Of a DNA stretch of 64,000 bases, positions 1-8,685 are shown piece by piece. The stretch covers positions 11,064 through 75,063 of the forward strand of contig JBBDJY010000016.1 in NCBI GenBank assembly GCA_040879645.1, given 5' to 3'. The translations under genes were made by a program, and so were the position numbers. How positions within the stretch are numbered: the first letter of the stretch is position 1; each line of letters starts with the position of its first letter. Under the pieces are notes generated by a model. The model worked only from the letters and a program-made list of their open reading frames with translations. It made no database searches and was not told where the DNA came from. Source of the DNA: Minisyncoccota bacterium. Its GTDB lineage: Bacteria; Patescibacteriota; Minisyncoccia; Phycocordibacterales; XYD1-FULL-46-19.

Positions 1-106
1 GGATTTTTGTCGTATTTTTGTTTAATACAAAGGGTATTTTTAGGCTAAAGGACAAATGTCTTTTATAATTATTAGAATTGTCCTTTAGATTTTTGGGCCG
101 GTTGGA

Positions 107-130
107 TTGTCAAACTTCAGAAGTTTGACA
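107..130. repeat. 24-bp perfect palindrome TTGTCAAACTTCAGAAGTTTGACA upstream of the first CDS; variant of the TTGTCAA...TTGACAA palindrome family
   Basis: Perfect inverted repeat read directly; shares outer arms with the palindromes at 2505, 40529 and 54581. Confidence 0.6.
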
Positions 131-348
131 GCGGGGTTTGGCCGGCCGGCCGGATTTTTTGTGTTTTTGCCGACAAATCGGCCGGCTGAATCTACTCGGA
201 TTGCCCGGTCGGATAGGAGATATTTGGTTAGGGCTTGACTTTTCTTTCGATATCTACTAGAGATGTATCCAGCTTTGATCTTTAGACAATTTGCTCTTTC
301 TTGTTCTTTTTGCTGATGGCAAGTTTTAATACTTGCACCCAAAAAAAT

Positions 349-2484
349 ATGTTGGATTTAACTGCAAAAAGGAGTTCCTTACTAGTCCTGGCCATGGCCG
401 GGCTATTTTTAGTGACAGCCTTACCGGCTTTAGCCGAGGAGGTGATTGAAAAGGACAGTCCGACTCCGGTGGTGGAGAGTGTTTTGGTTTCTGCTGAGGC
501 AGGGCCGGCGGTGGAAGATTCTGCCGTCGCGACGACCATTGAGTCGATGGAAGTCAAAAATGAGACCGGTGATGAGGTGGTTGTCAGTAATGAGGTAGAG
601 GCCGGTTTGCCGGCCGGAGAGGAGACCTCAGGAGAACTGGCCACTTCGGCGGAAGTTTCTTTTAATCTTTTAATGACCACTGAGGCCGAGACCGCGGTTT
701 CGACCGAAGTTTCGGCAGTGATTGAGGCCACTGTTCCCGAGCCGACACCTTTGCCGGAAATCGCTATCAGTAATGAAGCGATTTTGGCGACAATTTCAAT
801 TACTCCCGATCCGGACCCAACACCGGAAATTGCCATCAGCAATGAATTTAATTTTATAACTCAAGCGGTCGTCCCCGATCCGGACCCAACACCGGCAGAA
901 ATAGCTGTCAGTGGGGAAATGTCCTTTACCACCGGTGATGGTGGTAATGGCGGTGGTGACGAGCCGGAGTCGGAGATTGCCATCAGTGCGGAAATGTCCT
1001 TTAGAACCGCCAGTGACGGTAACGGTGGCGGTGGCGATCCAACAACAGAGATAGCCATCAGTACCGAAATGTCCTTTAGAACCGCCAGTGGCGGTAATGG
1101 GGGCGGTGGCGGTGGTGATGACCCGACACCGGAAATTGCCATCAGCAATGAATTTAATTTTACGACTTCAACCACCGGCGGGCCGGAGTTGGAGCGAGCG
1201 ATTAGCGATGAAATGTCCTTTACCACCGCCAGTGGCGGTAATGGTGGTGGTGGCGGAGGTGGCCCAAGTGGCGGCGGCGGAGGTGGCCGAATTCCTTCGG
1301 TCATTCCGACGGAAAAATATTTCTGCGAACCGTATTTAAAAAAGTTCATCCGCTTCGGTTACGACAACGACCCGATGGAAGTTTTGAAACTGAAAATATT
1401 CCTCAATACTTTTGAGGGCTTTAATCTGCGTTTGACTCCGGTCTATGATCTGGAGGCCTTCCGGGCGGTGGAGATTTTCCAAATGCGCTATGCGAGTGAC
1501 ATTATCCAGCCTTGGCGAAACCTTTATGGACCGACCGGTTTTGTCTATATCACCACAACTTTGAAGATTAACTATATCTTCTGCGGTGTTACCGCTCCGA
1601 TTGATATGGACCTTTTTGCTCGAGAAGATTTGATTCGTTGGGTGCCGGCGGCGGCTGATGTTTTGCCCCTTGACGATGAAGATGATGAAGATATTTTGCC
1701 GATTATTTTACCCCCGCTTGACGGTGAAGTTGGCCGGCTTGAAGAGTCGGACAATGCCTTGGTGGCCATTTGGCAATTATTGGCCGGCTTACCTTTCTTG
1801 TCGCTCGACTTTCTGTGCGACTGGTGCTGGCTGGTTATTTTAATTCTGCTTTTAATTATCCTCTATCTCTTGGGCCGGAACCGTCGGTTAAAGAGGGAGG
1901 CGTCCGACTATCAGAGTGAATTAAATCATTTTTACTCGGCCTCGGCGGCCGGTTTGGCGGGCGGGGTGGCTGCCGGCGGAGATGATGGTCCGACGGATGG
2001 TAATGTTCCCGGGGGAGCAAGCACTGCTTCAATGTTAGCGACCGGTGCTGTTTTTGGTGCCGCCGGTCGAGAAGATACTCAAACGGAGACTGAAGAGGAC
2101 GATGAAAATGAAATGGCTGACAAAGAAAATTCTCATTCACCACTAGACACTTCTTTGCCGGGGATGCCGGCGATAGCGGGGGCGGAAACTGAAGATTTAC
2201 CGGCGGCGTCGGATGTTTCGACGACTCCCGCCTCGGAAAATGACTTTGATTTTCCGGTGAGTAAGGAAAATGATCTTGACCGGCAAGCCTTTGATCAAGT
2301 TGAAGACGAAGCAGTCGTCAATCCGGCCGAGGAGGTTGGTGACGAAGAAATGGATGAAGAGGTGATTGACGAATATTTTAATCGTAACGCCATCTCTTAT
2401 GTTAAAGATGGGCGAACGGGCGAAACCAGTTTGGCGGATGAAATTGAGAAGATTCGGTCTGAAGGAAGTCAAAAAAACAAATAA
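349..2484 (+). CDS. Large secreted/membrane surface protein with tandem PTPEIAISNEFNF and GGNGGGG repeats, one TM helix and an acidic C-terminal tail (hypothetical)
   Basis: ORF 301..2484; signal peptide LLVLAMAGLFLVTALPALA from ATG 349; repeated motifs in translation; TM WLVILILLLIILYLL; D/E-rich tail. Confidence 0.6.
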   Translation: MLDLTAKRSSLLVLAMAGLFLVTALPALAEEVIEKDSPTPVVESVLVSAEAGPAVEDSAVATTIESMEVKNETGDEVVVSNEVEAGLPAGEETSGELATSAEVSFNLLMTTEAETAVSTEVSAVIEATVPEPTPLPEIAISNEAILATISITPDPDPTPEIAISNEFNFITQAVVPDPDPTPAEIAVSGEMSFTTGDGGNGGGDEPESEIAISAEMSFRTASDGNGGGGDPTTEIAISTEMSFRTASGGNGGGGGGDDPTPEIAISNEFNFTTSTTGGPELERAISDEMSFTTASGGNGGGGGGGPSGGGGGGRIPSVIPTEKYFCEPYLKKFIRFGYDNDPMEVLKLKIFLNTFEGFNLRLTPVYDLEAFRAVEIFQMRYASDIIQPWRNLYGPTGFVYITTTLKINYIFCGVTAPIDMDLFAREDLIRWVPAAADVLPLDDEDDEDILPIILPPLDGEVGRLEESDNALVAIWQLLAGLPFLSLDFLCDWCWLVILILLLIILYLLGRNRRLKREASDYQSELNHFYSASAAGLAGGVAAGGDDGPTDGNVPGGASTASMLATGAVFGAAGREDTQTETEEDDENEMADKENSHSPLDTSLPGMPAIAGAETEDLPAASDVSTTPASENDFDFPVSKENDLDRQAFDQVEDEAVVNPAEEVGDEEMDEEVIDEYFNRNAISYVKDGRTGETSLADEIEKIRSEGSQKNK

Positions 2485-2504
2485 TTAACTTTGGGTTTTA
2501 AATT

Positions 2505-2527
2505 TTGTCAAGGTGTCACCTTGACAA
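2505..2527. promoter_or_regulatory. 23-bp palindrome TTGTCAAGGTGTCACCTTGACAA, with partial copies at 2555-2572 and 2620-2630; candidate operator/regulatory repeat
   Basis: Perfect inverted repeat; same motif recurs at 40529, 48949, 52544 and 54581, always between a terminator and the next gene. Confidence 0.5.
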
Positions 2528-2769
2528 AATTGATGATTCCAAAACCAAAACTGGCAAGGTGACACCTTGACAGTTTTGGTAGGGGGGATTTTTGTCCGGT
2601 TTCCACCGGCTTTTTTTGACCTTGACAAAACCATAAATATTTGCCAGTAATTGAATCAGACAACTTGGCCTTAGGCCCAGTTTTGACATAGGAATAAGCG
2701 AAACTTTTCGCGAAAATACACACACGGAACACGGACGAAAAAAGCCGATTTATCGGCAGGAGGTGAGTG

Positions 2770-4950
2770 ATGAAGAAGTTTATGGTGTTGTTTTTGGTGG
2801 TTGGACTGGCCGGTTTTCTGATCGGTTGTCCGCCCGCCGAGCGGACCGTCATCGTCGAGGGTTACCTTGACATCGACGGTTGCGATCAGGCGACTCTCGG
2901 GGCCGAAATCATTCGGCCGGAGTTTCCGGCCGAGGCAACCTTTGACCTCTACAAAGGTGACCGGTCCTCCATGCGTCCTTGGGCGCGGGTGGCTTACAAG
3001 GCCGGCGAAGACGTTGAAATCTACGAAGCGACGGCCGTTGACGGTCAGAAGCTTTTTCTTCAACGCCATGTGATGCTCTGGAACGGACAGTGGTATTACA
3101 CCACTCACCGGTCATTTCCTCATCAGCCGATCTATGTGATCGGTCGGCCGGTGATTGGCCGGGTGGATTATGATGTCAGTACTTTGGTCCGGGCCGTTCT
3201 CTTTGTCGGAATTTTGTCTCATTTAGGCAATATCGGCGATGGTGACGGTGCGGATGCGCCTTGGTTTGCCTTACCTGATCGCAGTAGTGATTGGGAATTG
3301 CCGGCCTTTGCTCTGTTTCGGATTACTGATCCGGCACCGGCCAGTTACCAAATTGTGGCCAGAGTGCCGGGCTGGGAGGCCGGAACGACCGAACGATTTA
3401 CCGGCATTGTCGGCAATCCTCATGGTTGTCCGCCACCGGGACCGGAAACGGTATTCGTGCCGGACACCAGTAACTTGCCGGAAGACGAAGCGGTGGACTT
3501 GGTCAACAGTTTCGACTTGATAGTCGGAACGATTACCCGGGTTTGCAGCGATACCGTCGCTACCGGTCGGGTGATTCGTTCCGTTCCGCCAGCCGGGGCT
3601 TCGGTACCGGTGGGGACGATCATTGACTTGGTTGTTTCCAGTGGGCCGTGTCCGCCAATAAATGTCACCGTTCCCGATTTTACCGGTGGAACGGAAGACG
3701 ATGCTCGTGATCGTCTTGACGACTTAGGTTTTGACGTCTCGGTGACCCGTGTTTGTAGCGACACCGTCGCTGTCGGCCGAGTCACCAGTCAAGATCCCTC
3801 AGCTGGGACTTCGGTACCGGTGGGGACGATCATTAACTTGGTGGTCTCGGATGGGCCGTGTACTTTGCCCAACTTGACGCTTGAGCTTGGTCTCAACCAG
3901 ACTGAATTTCAGGTTGGTGACACGGCGATTTTGACGGTCGAATGGTCCGGTAGTGGTACGCCGTTTGATTTTACGGCAACCTTCCCGGATGCGGTCGGCG
4001 TGGCTGGTCGGGTCTTTGAAAATGGCCTGATCGAGTTCTCGGTTTTGCCCGAGTCGGCTGATTCGTCGGTAGAACTTTTTACCGATGGCCTTGGTCACTT
4101 GGAGATTCACCGACGGTTGTCTTCGGATACCGGTGGCGAATCTTTGCCGATTTTGGTCCGGGTGATTGGGGTTGATGATCAGGAGGTGACGCGGGAAATT
4201 TTCCTGCGTGTCAATCGGCCTGATGTCACTGTTCCTGACTTTGGGGGCCGGACCGAGGACGAGGCTCGTGATGTGTTGGAAGGCTTGGGCCTTGGTGTAT
4301 CGGTGACCCGTGTGTGTAGCGACACTGTCGCTACCGGCCGGGTCATCAGTCAAGACCCTCCAGCCGGGACTTCGGTACCGGCGGGGACAATCATTAACTT
4401 GGTGGTCTCGAGCGGGCCGTGTGCGCCGGTAGAAATGCCGGTGCCGAATATTGTTGGCTTGCCCGAAGCCGAAGCGCGGTCGGCGATTGCTGATGCCGGC
4501 TTGAACCTCGGTGCGATTACTGAGGTCTATCATCCGACAATGACCGCCGGCCGGGTAACTTCTTCCAATCCGGTGGCCGGGACAATTGTACCACCCGGAT
4601 CAGCGGTTGATTTTTCGGTCTCACTCGGACCGGAACCTCCGCCGACCTTGAGTCTTTTGCTTGAGGTTTTGAATTCGACCAATCGTGTTTTTACGGTTGG
4701 TGACATTGTTGCTGTTCGGGCAACGATACTGGGTGGTCAGTCGGGATTCGAAGTCCGGATTGCTTGGCCGAACGCGACGCTCAATTCGTCGACCGGCCAG
4801 GCGCGAGTCTTTGACTTTGCCCAAGTGGCGACCAGTGCCACCTACTCGTCTGGAGCTGAGCCAATCTTTTTGCCCGTTCGCGGGCGAGTAATTGATTCGG
4901 CCGGAGCGGTGGCTGATGCGGAAGTGTTTATCCGCATTAACCCGAATTAG
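2770..4950 (+). CDS. Lipoprotein with at least four tandem PASTA-like domains (repeat unit VPDFTGGTEDDARDRLDDLGFDVSVTRVCSDTVAVGRV..SVPVGTIINLVVSxGPC)
   Basis: RBS GGAGG 7 nt upstream of ATG 2770; lipobox LIGC; repeated PASTA-like modules in translation. Confidence 0.7.
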   Translation: MKKFMVLFLVVGLAGFLIGCPPAERTVIVEGYLDIDGCDQATLGAEIIRPEFPAEATFDLYKGDRSSMRPWARVAYKAGEDVEIYEATAVDGQKLFLQRHVMLWNGQWYYTTHRSFPHQPIYVIGRPVIGRVDYDVSTLVRAVLFVGILSHLGNIGDGDGADAPWFALPDRSSDWELPAFALFRITDPAPASYQIVARVPGWEAGTTERFTGIVGNPHGCPPPGPETVFVPDTSNLPEDEAVDLVNSFDLIVGTITRVCSDTVATGRVIRSVPPAGASVPVGTIIDLVVSSGPCPPINVTVPDFTGGTEDDARDRLDDLGFDVSVTRVCSDTVAVGRVTSQDPSAGTSVPVGTIINLVVSDGPCTLPNLTLELGLNQTEFQVGDTAILTVEWSGSGTPFDFTATFPDAVGVAGRVFENGLIEFSVLPESADSSVELFTDGLGHLEIHRRLSSDTGGESLPILVRVIGVDDQEVTREIFLRVNRPDVTVPDFGGRTEDEARDVLEGLGLGVSVTRVCSDTVATGRVISQDPPAGTSVPAGTIINLVVSSGPCAPVEMPVPNIVGLPEAEARSAIADAGLNLGAITEVYHPTMTAGRVTSSNPVAGTIVPPGSAVDFSVSLGPEPPPTLSLLLEVLNSTNRVFTVGDIVAVRATILGGQSGFEVRIAWPNATLNSSTGQARVFDFAQVATSATYSSGAEPIFLPVRGRVIDSAGAVADAEVFIRINPN

Positions 4951-4955
4951 AATTA

Positions 4956-5134
4956 GTCGAGGTTGAACCTCGACCAATGTTTGTACCCCCGAAGCCAACG
5001 GCTTCGGGGGTTTTCTTTTTTCAAATCGAGATGGGCCGGTCTTTAAAGCTTTAGTCGAGGTTGAACCTCAATACCGAGGTTTAACCTCGTTATTGAACCT
5101 CGTTATTGAGTGTTGGTCGAGGTTGAACCTCGAC
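4956..5134. repeat. REP cluster: GTCGAGGTTGAACCTCGAC and ATACCGAGGTTTAACCTCGGTAT palindromes (at least four copies)
   Basis: Perfect and near-perfect 19-23-bp palindromes read directly; same family at 6969-7093, 13257-13322, 13711-13809, 34630-34648 and 35337-35398. Confidence 0.85.
4985..5020 (+). terminator. Rho-independent terminator (cccccgaagccaacggcttcggggg followed by T-run)
   Basis: GC-rich hairpin plus T-tract directly after the PASTA gene stop. Confidence 0.6.
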
Positions 5135-5262
5135 TAATGCTACGGCTGATTTAATTCCTTGCATATTTTTTATATTCGTGGTAGTAATGGTTAAATTATC
5201 CTTGGACCGTAAACGGCCGGGAAAAGGGCGAAATTAGAAATTTATCAATAAGGAGAATAATT

Positions 5263-5913
5263 ATGAAGAAAATAAACAAAATAGCAGTCATTTTGACCTT
5301 GGCGATCTTGGTTTTGGTACCGGTTTTGGCTTTGGCGCAAACGGCGCTTAATGTCGCCATTACGGCACCGGCGGACGGAACGGAAGTTGTTGTCGGGCAG
5401 AGTGTAAACTTTACCGGTACGGCAACCGGTGGCGATTCTTCAAGTTACCAATTTAATTGGACTTGGGGTGATGGCACCGAAACCAGTTCAGGTAATAACA
5501 ATGGGGCAACCCAGACGACTCATACCTTTAGCACCATTGGGGCTAAAACAGTAGAATTGCGGGCCATTGACTTGAATACCAATTCGGGCACCAAGACGAT
5601 TACCGTCAATGTTGTTACCGGTGAGCCGGCCCTGGTTATTTCCAATGTGCGAGTTGAGGCGGCTGATATAACAGCCAATAGCGCGATTGTTCGTTGGACG
5701 ACTAATAAGCCGGCCACCAGTCGGGTTATTTACGACACGGTTTCTCGGGCCGGAGCCTTGAATATGAATTTGGCTCCAAATTATGGTTACGCTCATTTCA
5801 CCGGGACGGTAAATACCAGCCCAATGGTTACCGAGCATGCCGTTACCGTTTCCGGTTTGTCAGCTTCCACTCAGTACTTTTTCCGAGCGATTTCGGAAGT
5901 CCCGGCCAATTAA
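5263..5913 (+). CDS. Secreted protein with PKD-like (WTWGDGT) and fibronectin-III/PAP-N-like modules (hypothetical)
   Basis: RBS AAGGAGA; signal peptide; PKD signature NWTWGDG; beta-sandwich-like C-terminal segment. Confidence 0.6.
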   Translation: MKKINKIAVILTLAILVLVPVLALAQTALNVAITAPADGTEVVVGQSVNFTGTATGGDSSSYQFNWTWGDGTETSSGNNNGATQTTHTFSTIGAKTVELRAIDLNTNSGTKTITVNVVTGEPALVISNVRVEAADITANSAIVRWTTNKPATSRVIYDTVSRAGALNMNLAPNYGYAHFTGTVNTSPMVTEHAVTVSGLSASTQYFFRAISEVPAN

Positions 5914-5967
5914 TCATTTTTGATTAAGCACCGCCGGATTGGCTTTTCGTGATATACTCACGGAGAA

Positions 5968-6927
5968 ATGAATCCGGAAACACGACAAAAAATCAAAGAA
6001 TTATTTCCGTTAGTTAAGGAAGATGTTCCGCTGGCTCCCCTGACCACTTTTGGTCTCGGAGGTAAAGCGACTTTCTATCTGCGGGTCAAAACCGCCGGCC
6101 GATTGGCCGGTGTTTTGGCGCTTGTCCGAGCTTATCATCTACCGGCCACCATTATGGCCGGTGGCAGTAATATTGTTTTTGCCGATGAGCGGGTGGATAA
6201 ATTAATTATTCATTACCAAAGTTTTAATCATGCCCGGCCGACGATTTTAGGTCGGAAGATGCGCGTTGAAGCCGGTTTGGTTTTGGATAAAGTGGTTAAA
6301 ATTTCCGCCCGAGCCGGCATGGCCGGTCTCGAGTATTTGACTGACATTCCCGGCACGGTTGGCGGAGCAATTGTCGGCAATGCCGGTGCCTATGGTCAAG
6401 CCATCGCCGATCATTTGGTGAAAATTGAATATTTTGACGGTTTGATGGTCAAGACTATGCCGGCGGCGGAAGCCGAGTTTGCCTATCGGCACAGTATTTT
6501 TAAGACTAAAGATTGGGCGGTTTTGGCCGGCGTTTTTCGTTTGCCGGCCGGTGATCCCGCCGAATTGATGCGAGTGGTCGCGCGGATCAGGCGGTTTCGG
6601 CGCAAAAAGTACGAGCCGGGACTCAAATGCCCGGGCAGTTTTTTTAAGAATGTTTTGGTTGAAACGGTGTCGTCGGAGGTGCTTGGCCGTTTGGACCAGA
6701 GTAAAATCATTGATGGCAAAATTCCGGCCGGCTATTTATTGGAAGCGGTTGGGGCGCTTGGTCGGCGACGGGGCGATATTGCCATCGCGTCTTTTCATGG
6801 TAATCTGCTTTTTAATCTGGGTGAGGGGACTTGTCGGGATGTTTCCGGTTTGGCGGCCGAATTAAAACAAGCGGTTTGGGATAAATTCGGCATTACTTTG
6901 GAAGAAGAGATTCGTTACATTTTTTAA
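5968..6927 (+). CDS. murB: UDP-N-acetylenolpyruvoylglucosamine reductase
   Basis: FAD-binding N-terminal motifs (FGLGGKA..AGGSNIV) and MurB C-terminal domain; length 319 aa. Confidence 0.85.
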   Translation: MNPETRQKIKELFPLVKEDVPLAPLTTFGLGGKATFYLRVKTAGRLAGVLALVRAYHLPATIMAGGSNIVFADERVDKLIIHYQSFNHARPTILGRKMRVEAGLVLDKVVKISARAGMAGLEYLTDIPGTVGGAIVGNAGAYGQAIADHLVKIEYFDGLMVKTMPAAEAEFAYRHSIFKTKDWAVLAGVFRLPAGDPAELMRVVARIRRFRRKKYEPGLKCPGSFFKNVLVETVSSEVLGRLDQSKIIDGKIPAGYLLEAVGALGRRRGDIAIASFHGNLLFNLGEGTCRDVSGLAAELKQAVWDKFGITLEEEIRYIF

Positions 6928-6968
6928 CTAATGCCAGGCGGATCTTGGTGGCTTGCCTCCTGGAGTCA

Positions 6969-7093
6969 ATACCGAGGTTTAACCTCGGTATTGACGTTAT
7001 ATTTAGCCACGATAACGAGGTTAAACCTCGGTATTGAGTATTAGTCGAGGTTGAACCTCGACCTAGTCATTAATCGAGGTTAAACCTCAATCA
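6969..7093. repeat. REP cluster (four palindromes of the GAGGTT-AACCTC family)
   Basis: Direct reading; intergenic between murB and gatB. Confidence 0.85.
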
Positions 7094-7146
7094 TCACCTC
7101 AATCATCAGTGTCGGCGTAGTGAGAAAAGGGTGGGAGCGTGATATA

Positions 7147-8625
7147 ATGCAAGCGATGGCAAAATCAGAGTACAAATTAACCGTCGGTTTGGAAATTCAC
7201 GCCGAATTAAAAACGCGAACCAAGATGTTTTGTCAGTCGGCCAATGATTCGGATGAGAAGCGGCCGAATGTCAATATTTGCCCGATTTGTTTGGGTCATC
7301 CCGGTACCTTGCCGGTGATTAATAAAGCGGCGGTGCGGTCAGTCCTTTTGGTCGGCCACGCGCTTGGTGGCCGTTTGGCCGACTTTACCGAATTTGACCG
7401 CAAAAACTATTTTTATCCCGATATTCCCAAGGGCTATCAAATCAGTCAGTACAAATACCCCTTGGTGGCCGGCGGCGAATTGGCCGGGGTGCAAATTACC
7501 CGCATTCACTTGGAAGAAGATACCGCCCGATCGCAACACGACCCTAAAACCGGCGAGAGTTTGGTTGATTTTAATCGGGCCGGTGTGCCGTTAATGGAAT
7601 TAGTCACCGAACCGGTGATTAAAAATGCCAAACAAGCTGGCGATTTTGCCCGCGAATTAAAATTACTGCTTGGGCCGGAATATTTAAATGTTTCGGCCGC
7701 CAATTTGGAAAAAGGCGAAATGCGGGTGGAAGCCAATATTTCGGTCAGTACCAATGACTATCTCGGGACCAAGGTGGAGGTTAAAAACCTTAATTCTTTT
7801 CGAGCGGTGGAAAAAGCGATTGACTATGAATTTGCCCGCCAGCGGGATTTACTGGCATCCGGCGGAACGGTCGTCCAAGAGACGCGAGGTTGGGACGAAA
7901 ACAACCAACAAACTTTCAGTCAACGGCAAAAAGAAATGTCTCATGATTATCGCTACTTTCCCGATCCCGATTTACCCAAATTAAAATTAAGCGCCGTGCC
8001 CGAATTAACCGCTTTGGCGGATTCTTTGCCGGAATTGCCGGCCGAAAAAAGCCGGCGTTTTCACGCCGATTACGGTCTTAAGGCCGAAGATATTAAAGTC
8101 ATCATCGCCAGTGCCAAATTAAGTGCTTGGTTTGAAGAGGTGGTTGGTCAAATGCCCGTCCGACCGGGTCATCCGGGCGGGCCCGCCGACGCGGAGAAAA
8201 ACCGTCTGGCGCAAACCGCCGCCAATTATATTGTTTCCGATTTGACCGGATTGTTGGCCGGTGATTTTAGTCGTTTGCCGTCGCCGGCCAACTTGGCCGA
8301 ATTGATGTTAATGATTAAGGACGGACAAGTGTCGTCTCGTGGAGCCAAAGATATTTTATCGTTAATGATTGCTGACAATCGATCGCCGCAAGCCATCGCC
8401 GAGGCCGAAAACTTATTCCAAAAAAGTGATCAGACCGAATTAACAGTGATTATTGAAAAGGTCATTGCCGACCAACCGGCGGTGGTCGCCGATTTTCGCG
8501 GTGGCAATGACAAGGTATTGCAATTTTTAATCGGCCAAGGAATGAAAGAGTCCAAAGGGACGGCTAATCCGGCGGTGCTGGCCAAAATGTTTATTGAGTC
8601 GATAAAAAAATCGACCGATAAATAA
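7147..8625 (+). CDS. gatB: Asp/Glu-tRNA(Asn/Gln) amidotransferase subunit B; carries an in-frame insertion of about 16 aa from a GC-rich palindromic element at 8154-8190
   Basis: LEIHAELKT..ICPICLGHPGTLPV GatB signature; ORF runs from 7120, likely start MQAMAKS at 7147. Confidence 0.9.
   Translation: MQAMAKSEYKLTVGLEIHAELKTRTKMFCQSANDSDEKRPNVNICPICLGHPGTLPVINKAAVRSVLLVGHALGGRLADFTEFDRKNYFYPDIPKGYQISQYKYPLVAGGELAGVQITRIHLEEDTARSQHDPKTGESLVDFNRAGVPLMELVTEPVIKNAKQAGDFARELKLLLGPEYLNVSAANLEKGEMRVEANISVSTNDYLGTKVEVKNLNSFRAVEKAIDYEFARQRDLLASGGTVVQETRGWDENNQQTFSQRQKEMSHDYRYFPDPDLPKLKLSAVPELTALADSLPELPAEKSRRFHADYGLKAEDIKVIIASAKLSAWFEEVVGQMPVRPGHPGGPADAEKNRLAQTAANYIVSDLTGLLAGDFSRLPSPANLAELMLMIKDGQVSSRGAKDILSLMIADNRSPQAIAEAENLFQKSDQTELTVIIEKVIADQPAVVADFRGGNDKVLQFLIGQGMKESKGTANPAVLAKMFIESIKKSTDK
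8154..8190. repeat. GC-rich palindromic element copy E1 (GCCCGTCCGACCGGGTCATCCGGGCGGGCCCGCCGAC) inside the gatB CDS, in frame
   Basis: Near-identical to the reverse complement of 26728-26770 and to 48185-48213. Confidence 0.8.
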
Positions 8626-8685
8626 TTTTTGTTTTTAGCCCCAATTATTTTTGGTTTTGTCGGCTGATTGCGGTATAATAAATTT

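Noticed and set aside
282-1349. Antisense ORFs 282..842(-) and 861..1349(-) with Pro/Gly-rich translations
   Set aside because: They lie opposite the repeat-rich plus-strand CDS. The low-complexity translation is a by-product of the GGNGGGG and PTPE repeats on the other strand.
2505-2527. TTGACA-containing palindrome as a simple sigma-70 promoter
   Set aside because: No -10-like hexamer at 16-18 bp spacing follows any copy, so an operator or recombination-site role seems more likely than a plain -35 box.
3799-4533. 244-aa minus-strand ORF inside the PASTA lipoprotein gene
   Set aside because: It is fully contained in a well-supported plus-strand gene, and the Arg-rich translation is typical of an antisense GC-rich frame.
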